DNA from: Picochlorum sp. SENEW3
Taxonomy: Eukaryota
DNA: 64,000 bases
Assembly: GCA_034226945.1 (NCBI GenBank)
Contig: CP120458.1
Coordinates: 744,001-808,000 of the forward strand
Direction: 5' to 3'
This document shows positions 37,544-48,789 of this stretch, one piece after another; position 1 is the first letter of the stretch, and every line of letters starts with the position of its first letter. The translations under genes and the position numbers were made by a program. The notes beneath the pieces were generated by a model, which saw only the letters and a list, made by a program, of their open reading frames with translations, was not told where the DNA came from and did not search any database.

Positions 37544-40500
37544 GATATCCGAGACAGATTCACACAGTTACAGGTTACAGTTTGTCGTGGTTCAACATGC
37601 AGTAAAATTAATTTATTTTCCAGTCTTACATGCCCGGTGGTGATGCATCGTAGATGACAGACCATCCGGCCCTCCCAGATAGATCTCGCAGGGCCGGATT
37701 TGGACCCTCCAAAATCGGCCATTCTGAGCCCCCCAAATGAGGCCCTCCCAGCTGCAGCCGGGAATGCCTCATTTCCGCCAAAGCCAAAATCGGCCCAAAT
37801 GAGGGCCTCCCGGCTAGTAACCGTCAACAATCCCTCGACGCTACTTGGCCAACAAAACCTGCTGTCCTTGATGTAGTATCAATTGTAACAAACAATAGAT
37901 CATCAAGTAATGTTTTATATCCACCTGTGGGCTGAGTAGCCCGGCGCATCGCGTCGACAGCGCGATGGTGTTGTGGATCGCGAAACAGGGTTCCCACCCA
38001 TTCTCTGCAAGATTATCGGGAACGGTGCGTGATTGTGTTACATAGTAGTGATTCATTATATTTTTAGAGAACCTGATGCGAACAAACGAGTCGAATTCCT
38101 CGGACCAAGCCAGCGAGCCTGAGGACCAGCATGTCCTGAATACCAACAGGCATGTTTTACACGTTTCACATCATTGACGAGTGGTGTTGTCACGCAGATT
38201 TTCCCTGATACTACGGAGGGTAGCCTCAACATGTGTCCCCCGAGGTTGAGTTCCTGGATTGGGAGGAATCTGGCCAGCAGGTGGTGCAGGTGGTGGGCAT
38301 GGAGTGGCATCGATGTCCACCGACTCTTCCTCTTCGGTGTTTCTTGTAAACTGAGCTAGATATTCAAGACCATCAGAGAAGAGTGCGTTCTCCGAGTTGG
38401 GAGCAGAGGAGCTCTGGCGAGAGAACCTGACCTGAGTCACAAACCGATTTTCCCGGCAATCAAACGCCCGCGATCCTGAGACGTGGCTGGAATTATTGTT
38501 TGAGCTCGCAGCGTGCCTCTCCTTGAAGACTTTTATTTGATTCACGGCAGGTAACATGAAGTCGTTCAACCATTGCATGCTGAAAGATGAGCACAATCCT
38601 CAAATTCGGATTGAGGGGCTCGAAGTGGTACTTTGGATGATTTGGAAGATATTCGTCATATTTCTCGACTGTGTATTAGGGCGGATCAAGTCGATTGTGG
38701 GATTTCTATTAAAAATTTAATAAACGCAAACATTCCCGCGATGCTGTCTTTGAGTACCTGCCTTTCATCGGGATCTGTGTCTTGATTTCAAATTTCGTAC
38801 ATAGATTCGAGGATTCGTTCGGGGGCGTCTCTGGACCGACCAGCCTCATGCAAGATGGGATGGTGCAGCCATGTGTTTGAACGTATGGTTTGATGCGAAT
38901 ACTTCAAAGATTTGGACATACACAGATGGTTTCGACCATACGGGGTGTTTGCTTGTGGACTTGAACATGAGACAGGGCATTTTGAGGACATATATTGGTC
39001 GTTGCCGACGGAAGAGGTGCTCTAAATGCGTGGCAGATGTGTTGACCAACAGAGAGCTGTAGCCAGGTCTGTAGAAGTTCGAGTGTGCACCGAGATTGAA
39101 GGCAATGCCATGTCCCTAGTCCCTAGGCAGCTACAGAAAACTATATCATTATGATGGATCAAATATATGGTCTATGTGATTCAACGCCCCCAAGGCAATT
39201 AACAGTGCAATTTGATTGCTGTGTGTTGGGCAGGAGGCTAGTATCAGATGTCTTGTGGGGCACTCATCACCGTTCTCTTGCTCTTAAGCGCCTTTAATTC
39301 CTTTCATTATACTATACATGATTCCTCAGTCATTTGATCGGTGGTGTCTTCTTCATATATCAGCGTTTGGTCGCAGTATCCGTGATACATCTGAGATCCT
39401 TTGGGGTACCTGAGAGTTGCTCACTTCCAGTCATACCTTTCCTTGCAATGCTTGGTGTGCATGAATCCGGTATCCTTCGCTTCTAGATAATGCTCTATTC
39501 TTTCTTTGAGGCGAATCTCTTGGCGCTTTGGTCGCTGTGTGATTGATTACAATCTTCTTGTCTTCTATTTCCCACTGTATGGATGTATGTCATTCCAACC
39601 CATACCTTCCTTTTGTTTCGGCAGATCTTCGTGATTCTCTCGATCCTTTTGTTGTATCTCATATAGGATCAAAGCAAGGATGCTATGAATGGGGTCACAA
39701 TGACTATCTCACCTCGAAAACTCGCTTGGCTGTCAACCCTTGGTGGGTACAAAAAAATTAGACCCAGATCCACATTTGTTAGCAGGTCCCAGTTTCCTTC
39801 TCCCCATCAGATTCCACACTCAATAAACTCAGCCATGGAAATGAGTCCCAACGGAAGCAATTTTGATGGTATCAATATGCTAGAAAGTTGCATTCCGTGA
39901 GAAAGGGCACAGGTAGATTCTTGATGCTCTACCGTTGAGACTAAAACCTTCATCTGATGGTCCCTGCTGAATAATTCAGATCCAGCCACTCTTTTGGACG
40001 GTGTTGATTCACTCTCTGCATGCTAAATGCACTCATGCACCGACTTTTTCATCTATACCATGAAAATATTTCTTTTTGCAACAGTTGGACCAGTAAAAAA
40101 GGCCATTTGTTCTGGAGGTATACATGTATAACTTTGTGGTCTAATGCAATTCCCCCGAATTTGATCGTACGTGCCGGGCTCAAAGGATCCGGGCTGCCTG
40201 ATTTTGGTCTTGGAGGTGGATGAGTAAAATATCGGGACATATATTGATCGGGGCGGACGGAGGACATGCTCTGAATGCAGGGCAGTTGTGTTGACTGACA
40301 AAGTGTTGACAGGACAGCACCCTCTCATGCACCTCATGAGAATCAGTGCCATGTCAGTAACCATTTGCTTTTTGAGGAGTATACAGATCACTCTAAACAT
40401 GAGCAATTACATCGAATCTTCTCTCATCTCTTTAGATGTTGATGAAATGCTCTTAGGTGCTCTTTGATGTTCTTAGAGCTTTGTCAGGTGTTCTCAGAGC

Positions 40501-41534
40501 TTCATCAAATGTTCCCAGATGTCGATCACATGTTCCGAGTGGAGTGAGAACATGTGCTCTGATGATCTTAGATATTTGTTGAATGTCCATGAAATATTGA
40601 TCTGATGTTCTCAGAGATTCTGAGAGGTTCTTGTTCATTAAATCTTCTTTCATCTTCTTTGGCACTGCTGTTTCCGTAATAAGTTGGGGGCACTCTGAGG
40701 AGTGGGTCGATCGAGAGTATCGGCCGGCCCACCGAGGGCCGCGACAGATGCAAAAGATCGGTTTCGGAGGTGTCGGCAACCTGCCTTTGCGGCGCTGGGC
40801 CGCCCAGCAGGAACGCCCGTTGCCGCCCGGACCGTAGCCCAGCCCAGTTTTTTTGGAATATCTTTTCGTCGGGGGCCTAGCGAGGGAGCGATTTTCGGCC
40901 CATTTCCGGAAATCGCGCACATCGGCGGAGACCGCCCCTCGCACCCGGCACCTCCGCCGGCGAGAAATGCAAAATCCCACAGTTATAGAGTGTGTTATTG
41001 GATTGGTGGGCTCTTTTGCTCGGAATCGATACCGCGGTGGCCGCCCCGATTTAAAGAAAATCCCGATTTTTTTATGGTTACAGCTGTAATCCTTAATCCC
41101 TACCATTCACACAGATATAACGCAACAAGGCAAAATACATGTATTTTTTTCACCTCGAACAACAGCAAAAAAATTTTACATTGCACCATTGTGGCACAAA
41201 TGCGCAAAAGCTCCCTGCTGTGCAAGAAACGACGCCGTGTCGTCGAGGAAAATGAGGCGAAACCGACCGTCCTGTCCCATCACACCACCGCCGTGGCCGA
41301 GGGCACACGTGCATTCTGCCCCTTCACGAAATCGATCGCCAAGCCCCATCCAAGGTGCCACTGGACGGATTGACTTTGCCCTCCTTTCGGGGCGACCTCA
41401 AGCAGCCAAACACTCGCTCCCTCGATAGACACCGAAAAGCCCCGAAACAGGGACCGAAACAAATACTATTTACCCGTGGTTCTGTCAGTATTAACCTCGA
41501 GCCGATCAGAGAGTCGTGGACAAAACCCGTCTGT

Positions 41535-42084
41535 CAACTGCCATCGTCGCAATGCGCCACGAACGACCTTGGCCGTCCCGCCTTTTTCCACAGCGTCAGG
41601 TGAAGCAGATGTATCTAATAGGTGAATCGTTAGACATATGCAACATCGGAAGCAGAACAACCGACAGGATGGGTCTGATTAGGACCATCTCTGCAGGACT
41701 CGGCAGTGATAAGGGCCATCCTTCGCTTTGATTGAGATAGATCCTAGGATCCTAGGACAGAAAAGCCAAGCGGTCCTCACCATTCATGTAAACTATCAGC
41801 GATGGTTCATTGAGACATCATGCCAGGACAGCATCAAACAGGTCAGCCGTCCTGTAGTACCAGGTAGTGAGGTTGCAAAGTTTGGGTCCTAAACCATGGG
41901 CTCAGGACAGGGTTGCAAACTTTGGAGCTGCAGAGTCAGTCAGGTGGCTAAGCAGCCCTGAATGTGTCGACCACTAGAATCTGACGTATACAATGTAAAT
42001 GCGAGCTTGCGAATATGGATCAAACAAAAGAGATGTCGCCACCATCGATCAAAGTACCCAATTGGGCCGTTTGCCAATCGACTG
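41535..42084. repeat. ~500-bp dispersed repeat, copy 2
   Basis: Colinear with 34735-35233; supplies the apparent ATG of the Helitron helicase ORF. Confidence 0.85.
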
Positions 42085-44270
42085 ACCATGGAGCTTCGTG
42101 GGATAGGAAGCTGAAGCGGTGGACGCGCCGCAAGCGGAACACTCGATGTGTTGGTCGACTGCCTTTTGTCCACCCGCAGGACAGGGTACGTTGGTGCTTG
42201 AAGCAATTGTTGTGTGCCCTGCCGGGGGCCACCTCCTGGGACGACCTGAAGACGGTGAGGAATACAGAGGAAGGAGGGAACGCGACCGTGTGTCCCAGCT
42301 TCGAGGAAGCGTGCCGGCTGCGGGGGATGCTGGAGAATGACGACCTGTGGTGCAGCGGCATGGACGAGGCGGTGAGGGAGGCCATGCCCTGTCAGCTCCG
42401 CATGATGTTTGTGGAGATGCTCGCCTTCTGCAATATTAGCGACCCGAAAATGTTGTGGAACAGGTACAAGACGGCGCTGAGCGAGGACTACCTGTACGAA
42501 GTGGACACCAAGTTGAAGGAGAATCCAGAGGACTGCATCCGAGACACGGTGGGCGAGGACGAGCATGGTCGATGGTCGTGGAGGGCCGTGCTCGACATCC
42601 AGGATCTCCTCGACGAGTACAAGAAGACGTTGGAAGAATTCGGTATTCCACGGCCTCCGGACCATTTGATCACGTCCGAGATCGAGAAGGAGGTCGGTGG
42701 GTACTTCAACTTCAGCTACCAGGACATCGAGGCCAACGTGGCCAAGCTCAATCAGCAGCAGAGGGCGGCGTTCGACCAGATCCTCGAGGCGGTCAACGCC
42801 TGCGAATCTGGACGGTCCTCAGGATGCAACGTGTTTTTCCTGGATGGCATCGGGGGGTCGGGGAAGACGTTCCTGTACAAGACACTGCTCATGAAATTGA
42901 GGAAGCAGAGCCAAGAGGAGCTCGAGAGAGGCGAGCATCCCATTGCAGTGGCGATGGCCTCGAATGGCCTGCCAGCGCAGCTGTTACCGAACGGAACGAC
43001 GGTGCACAGACGATTCAGGCTGCCCGTCCAGGACGACTTCGACGGCGAGCAGCTGATCTGCAACGTTGCCAGGCAGTCGCATGAGGCTGACCTGCTGCGC
43101 CGAGCGAGGCTGATTGTCTGGGACGAGGCTCCGGCGATGAACAAGTGGCAGCTGGATGCCGTGGATCGATGCCTTCGCGATATCATGGCACGGCCCGACA
43201 CGGTCATGGGTGGCAAGGTCGTGGTGCTTGGCGGGGATTTCAGGCAGTGTGGGCCTGTCATGAAGAATGCCAGAGGGCGAGCAAGAAGGATGGCCGAGGT
43301 CAATGCGTCGCTGACCCATTGGACCCATTGGCGGGCCGTCAAGGTCCTCAGGCTCCACATCAATATGAGAGTGGAAAACTGCGTGCGCCCCGAGTGCAAG
43401 TCGCGGCTGGAGAGGTGGAGCAGATGGCTCAAGGACGTCGGTGATGGCCACGTGCCGCTGGATGACCACGGGCGCCTGGAAGTTCCCTCCTCCATCGCGT
43501 TCACCCCCGAGGAGGGGGATCCGGAGAGTATGGAGAAGACGTTTTTCGAACATGTGTACGCTGGCCTCCAGACCAAGCGCGGGCAGGACAGGGACGACTT
43601 CCTAAAGGGAACAGCCGTGTTGGTTCCCAAGAATGACACCGCCACCAGGATCAATGACAGCCTGCTGGACGCCCTCATCGACGGGGAAGAAGACCGCCTG
43701 TTCGTATCCATCAATGGAATTACCGATGGTCGGCACCAGAGGGACGATGCATACCCGGAGGAGTATCTCGCCAGCATCAAGGAGAGTGGCCTGCCGCCAC
43801 ACGTCATCAGGCTCAAGGTTGGGGCCCCCATCATTGCCCTCCGCAACATCACCAAAGGCGTGTCCAATGGCACGCGAATGGTGGTGACCAAAATCCTCAA
43901 CCATTCCATCAAAGCCAGGGTGGTCCACGGTCCCAGCACCGGGCGGGAGGTCCTCATCACCAGGGTGGTGATGACGCAGAGCCTGGGCTCCTTTGTGCTG
44001 CAGAGGACACAGCTGCCCATCCGCGTGGCCTTTGCGATGACCATCAACAAAGCACAGGGGCTCACCCTCCAGAGGGTGGGAGTGTACCTCCAGGACGATG
44101 TCTTTTCACACGGACAGTTGTACGTGGCGTTGTCTCGGTGTGGAGATGACCAGAACCTGTGGGTGTTTGGGCCACAGCCGGACGACCAGGGAAAGCTGTG
44201 GATGAAGAACGTGGTGTACAAAGAGATTCTGATCGATACTTACCATCACGAGATTGCAGATCCAGTGTAA
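42085..44270 (+). CDS. Helitron Rep/Hel C-terminal part: PIF1-family helicase (HUH Rep domain missing)
   Basis: Helitron linker VGRLPFVHP..LKQLL..GATSWDDLKTV..SFEEAC..GMLENDDLW; Walker A GIGGSGKT, WDEAP, GDFRQ, NGTRM, AMTINKAQG, HGQLYVALSR. Confidence 0.92.
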
Positions 44271-44347
44271 AATAGCATTATGTTAGAGTGTAAAATCAGC
44301 AGAGATGGAGTTGGACCACCTGCTTACCTCCTCCCCATCATCCAGTG

Positions 44348-44749
44348 CAGGGTTGCAGATAGTGTCATATTTTGATTTTTTATGACATTTCCCGAAATTG
44401 GTGTCATATTTCCTGGCGGAAATATGACACGAAAATTGACACTTTTTGGCAATATGACACCAAAATATGACACCTCGCTGAAGAATATGACACCAAGAGC
44501 AGTGGAAGTTGGGTCAGTTGGACTGCAGCCTTCTCCACCCGCTCCAGCGCCAAGTTGACGTTTGGCTCCCATCAAAGTACTTTTTGACAGGCCTATTCTA
44601 TGCATCAGCACTCATATCCCATCAAAGGTACCCTTTGACCGTATCAAAAATATGACAAAAATATGACACAAAATATGACATTTTCGGTCAAAATCGAGCT
44701 TTAATGGGACACCAAATATGACAAAAATATGACACTATCTGCAACCCTG
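44348..44749. mobile_element. hAT-type MITE (402 bp) with 8-bp TSD
   Basis: atccagtg|cagggttgcagatagtgtcatatt ... aatatgacactatctgcaaccctg|atccagtg; many atatgaca subterminal repeats. Confidence 0.92.
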
Positions 44750-44799
44750 ATCCAGTGCTGGCCAGCATCCATGGATGACCGACGCCCCGCGAGAGTCCA

Positions 44800-44854
44800 C
44801 GTCGCACCTCGCGACTTCCCATGAAACCCCACGAGCTACGGGCAGACGGCCTAG
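44800..44854 (+). other. Candidate Helitron 3' end 1
   Basis: gtcgc-acctc-gcgac hairpin, then gctacggg...CTAG|T downstream of the helicase. Confidence 0.5.
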
Positions 44855-46329
44855 TACTATAAAAAAAAACTTCGGCCGATTTTCGGAAACGAAATCTACA
44901 CATAAAATAATTACTTTTGGTGCCTACAAAGGATGCAAACGCGCACGGGAACACGGTGCAATTTTGCGTCAAACATGGCGAATTCGCCGAATTTGCCCAC
45001 TTTGACGCCGTGGGTCCGCACCTGAGAGCCCCTTCGCGTGATCTCTTGCCCAACAAACCTCCTATTTTTTGACAGACACCATTCTCCAGCCTGTTCGGGC
45101 TTCTTTAGGGCCTGATCCAGCGAGAAAATTTCGCGAAATTTCGGCCCGGCCACAACATAGATGTAACGGTCCCCATTGGCGGGGCTTGCTGACCGACCGA
45201 GAGCGTCGATTCCGAGCGACGTTCCACGGTCCCTTCTGTCTCCATGCTTGACTTCCTGCAGTCCTTACGACGGCAAACTCCAATGTGAAAGGATGTTTCG
45301 TCGCAAATTGGGCCTTTTGACCGCTGTCGCCCTGGGACAAGACGCCTCTCCGGTGAAGTGACGACAACGAATTCCGCACATTTCTTCTCAAAAGGGACAC
45401 CGCGCCGTGCCCTGCAAACGGGACACTGCCAATGTCTCCGTATGAGATCATGCGATCGGTATGATTGCGATGAGGGGACTGATGTGCCATCGCTCACGTT
45501 CCCTTGGCGACTCCTGCCTGCAGCAATATGTTGGACCAGTGCAGCTTGCCTGTGAAAAAAGACGCATAGTGTGGATTACGGAGTTCGGTTGGAGCCCTCT
45601 GATGCATCTTCCATCTTTTGAAGTCATTCTCATGACGAGGTGATCCCACGACTACGATACTGTCAACAAGATACCTGATTCAGAGGATCGCTCTGTATAG
45701 CAAAGGCCTCTGAGAAGCAGCTGGTAAAGACATCTCGAGCGATTTTGCCTTCTTTTATCCTACATCTCTGGGGTGCAGAACACGACGCAAAACAGTTCGA
45801 AATGGCATGTAGCTGTCAAGGGTGCATGTTACACAATACTGCGCGGGAATAGGAGACGGATTCGACAACTTGGACCACAGCATGGAGAAACAACGCAGCG
45901 GCCCTGTACATATGTGGTATGGACAACGAATAGATCCACCGAATTGGTACTATGTCCCCGAGAGAGTGCTCCATCGCTCAAGTGGCGTAATTGGAATGAA
46001 TCTTTAGGACAGGTTAGGGGTTGCAGCCTGCCTATAAAGTCCTGGATAATGTACAGAGGCTGGGGTCATGTGAGACATATCCCCGGGGTTTTTAAGTCGT
46101 GATCATCTTGAAGAACGCGGTAGACTGGGATTTCAAAATTATAGTGACAAAGTGGACGCATTCGATGGCCTGGGCAGGATTGATAAGACATTGGGTGCCT
46201 GGGTGCGTCATTCCCCCAGAATGGGATTACACAGGTGAATTTCGAGTGGTCGACTTACTAAAGTAAACCCCGGGGGCGTTGATGTAATATCATATAAACA
46301 TCGACAGAATATGAGGCAGTGGGGCTAGC

Positions 46330-48069
46330 AGCATCCTCCAAAGCTGCAGGGCTGAGGAAGTATTATTATGGTTTTGTGGGTGAGCGCAGCGAGCCTTATT
46401 ATGCATGTATCGCATATAGATACATTCTGTCAGCAAGCACTAGGCATCGGTCTACAACAGATCCGTCCTTTTTTCTTTATGCTGCTCCTTAATTCCATCT
46501 TTGCTCCTTCATTCTACCCATGGGTGAATGCCAGAGGCGATGATGCTTTTGCCCGAGCGCAGCGAGGCCTATAGCTCTATATCTATTTGATCGCGATACC
46601 TTCAGGTTAGCGATAGTTATGGCGAGCGCAGCGATGCCATTTTAGTTTTTCCATGCATGGGAGCAGGCCATGTTTGTGTTCTTCCATGGCAGCCGTGTCC
46701 ATGGCATTGTTGGAGTTTGTCTAATAATCTGCGCAAAACCAGTGCTGAGGGTAGGTACCCGTTGTGTGCACGGGTTTTTCCACCGGAATACGATGAGACA
46801 GTGGAATTTCGAAGGTTCAACTTAATCAAGCATCGATCTCCGACGGGATAGGAGGCAGTGAAGTTGACAGCATCCTCCAAAGGTGCATGGCTGAGGAAGT
46901 ATTATTCTGTTTTTTGTGGGCGAGCGCAGCGAGCCTTATATATATATTGCATATACACATTCTGCTACCAACCATTAGGCACTTCTTTACTTCATGCTGC
47001 TCCTTCCATTTATCCATGGCTGATGGCAGAAACTACAATTCTTTTGGCCAAGCACAGCGAGCTATATATATTCTCCACATATTTGATTGCAATGCCTTCA
47101 GGCGAGCGATAGTGATGGCGGGCGCAGCGATGCCATTCATTTTTTTTCACTCATACTGCAGCAATGTTTGTGTCCTTCCATGCCAGTGGTTCGCGAGCAA
47201 AGCAATGTCAGCTGTTTTCCTCCAAGACAGTGTCTGCATGGTCATGCAGTCACACCAAACCCACCTTGGACGCGCTGGGTGGATGGTGCCCGGTAATGCC
47301 AGGAACTTCGAACAAGGATTCCTTACCAGTTTGCAACTGTGTGCTTGCGAAGGCCCTCCACAGGCACTCAACAGCAACATCCAGGTGGCCGATGGGTGAG
47401 GAAGGATCCCGCCCGTGCCGAACGTAGTGAGGCCCCGGTTTAAGGGATCCTGACGAGGCCGGAGGACACAACCTCTTCCTTACACTGACAGGGAAGACAT
47501 CGTCACACTCTCTGGGTGCCACACTCTCTAACATCCCTCTTTTATTTGTTTCTGTTTCTTTATTCTTTCACTCCATGTAATGAATTCTTGGTCCTTTCCA
47601 GCCAACGGCTGGGGTCTTTATTAGGTTTGGCGAGCAACGCGAGCCCTTTCTATATTTGTTTGTTTCTTATTTATATGTGTTCGGCAGGCCGTAAGGCCTG
47701 CGAACTGGCTGGCGAGCGAAGCGATGCCAGGTTTTTTTAAGTACCCATATGCCAGGGAGCCTGGCATGTCTCTGGTTATGTGACACTGGTTACATTGAGT
47801 TGGTCGAGCGGAGCGAGGCCTATTTGTTATTGCAAGGCCGCCAGGCCTGCGATTGGGCTGGAGAGCGAAGCGATACCAGCCTTCTTTTATGATCTTCGGC
47901 GGCAGACCGTCATCATGGCTATGTAAACGTTCCATCTAACCGACACAGCCGCGCAGCGACAGAGGGAGCCCTTCGGGCGACCGACCTGACAGGCGAGCGA
48001 AGCGATGCCTGCAAAAGACCCATGGCCTTGGGCCATGGAGTTTGGCATTTGCCAAACGGGTCAAACTAG
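46330..48069 (+). mobile_element. Non-coding Helitron-like 3' region with GNA-triloop hairpin array and branched terminal hairpin before CTAG
   Basis: About 12 GAGCGNAGCGA-type motifs; terminal gaccc/atggcc-ttg-ggccat/gtttggca-tt-tgccaaac/gggtc followed by aaaCTAG|T; internal ~540-bp-period duplication. Confidence 0.65.
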
Positions 48070-48789
48070 TCCCCTATTAAAAAAAATTTAATAAACGCAA
48101 AGAGAGCGGGTTTTGATAAATTTCGCGTAAGTGCCATGTGCTGCGGCATTCCCGCTTATAAGCGGGATCACCGCCGTATTTGAGGGTGGCGCCCAATGGC
48201 CAAAACCCCAAAACTCGGCGGCGTTCCCGCTTATACCCTACGACGGCCGACCGGGATTTCCAGGTAAATCTTGAAACCCCCATATCTCGTCATTTATCGC
48301 GAATTTGACCATTCTGACTGATTCAATAGAATCTACGGATGAATTAGAGTCTTCTGAATACCTTATCTGTGCGAAATGGATGGATACAGTGAAATTGACG
48401 AACAAAAAGGTGTGCTCACTGCCCCCTCACTGACCCTGAAATCTGGAACTTTGGCCGGTCGGCCCCGTCCGAGTGCTGAGACCAGGTACTAGATGGCCCA
48501 AAACAGACCATTTATGGAGCGACCAGACCTCCCGAGCATCTATTGTTGATAGAAATGGTAATAAATCAGATTTTTTAACATTATGTATGAAAATCGGAAA
48601 GTTTGGTGGATGTCGAATTGACTCGGCCAAGTCCGCATGGCATGGGCATCTGGAAGCCACTGCGGGGGTCCTGCCAGTGCGTGTAATTCGATATGATCAG
48701 CATATCTAGGGGTCATATAGGGATATTTGATACACATAAAGACATCATCTTGATCGAAGTCGGCTCCTGTCTACTTGTTATCCCTCTAA

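Noticed and set aside
40453..41373. Overlapping 217-aa and 223-aa ORFs
   Set aside because: They span a GC-rich terminus-like tract and a weak 21-bp periodic repeat; no domain signal.
42752..44221. 489-aa minus-strand ORF
   Set aside because: Antisense shadow of the GC-rich Helitron helicase; no motifs.
44348..44749. CRISPR-like array of atatgaca repeats
   Set aside because: Repeats are 8-10 bp and irregular, lying inside TIRs with an 8-bp TSD; they are hAT subterminal repeats.
46180..46265. Ulp1-like protease remnant (HWVPG...VVDLL) in the Helitron region
   Set aside because: Too short, with no catalytic Cys motif or supporting ORF.
47400..47470. Possible hammerhead ribozyme (ctgacgag next to stems)
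   Set aside because: No correctly placed GAAA core or stem II/III topology; the neighbouring hairpin fits the GNA-triloop family instead.
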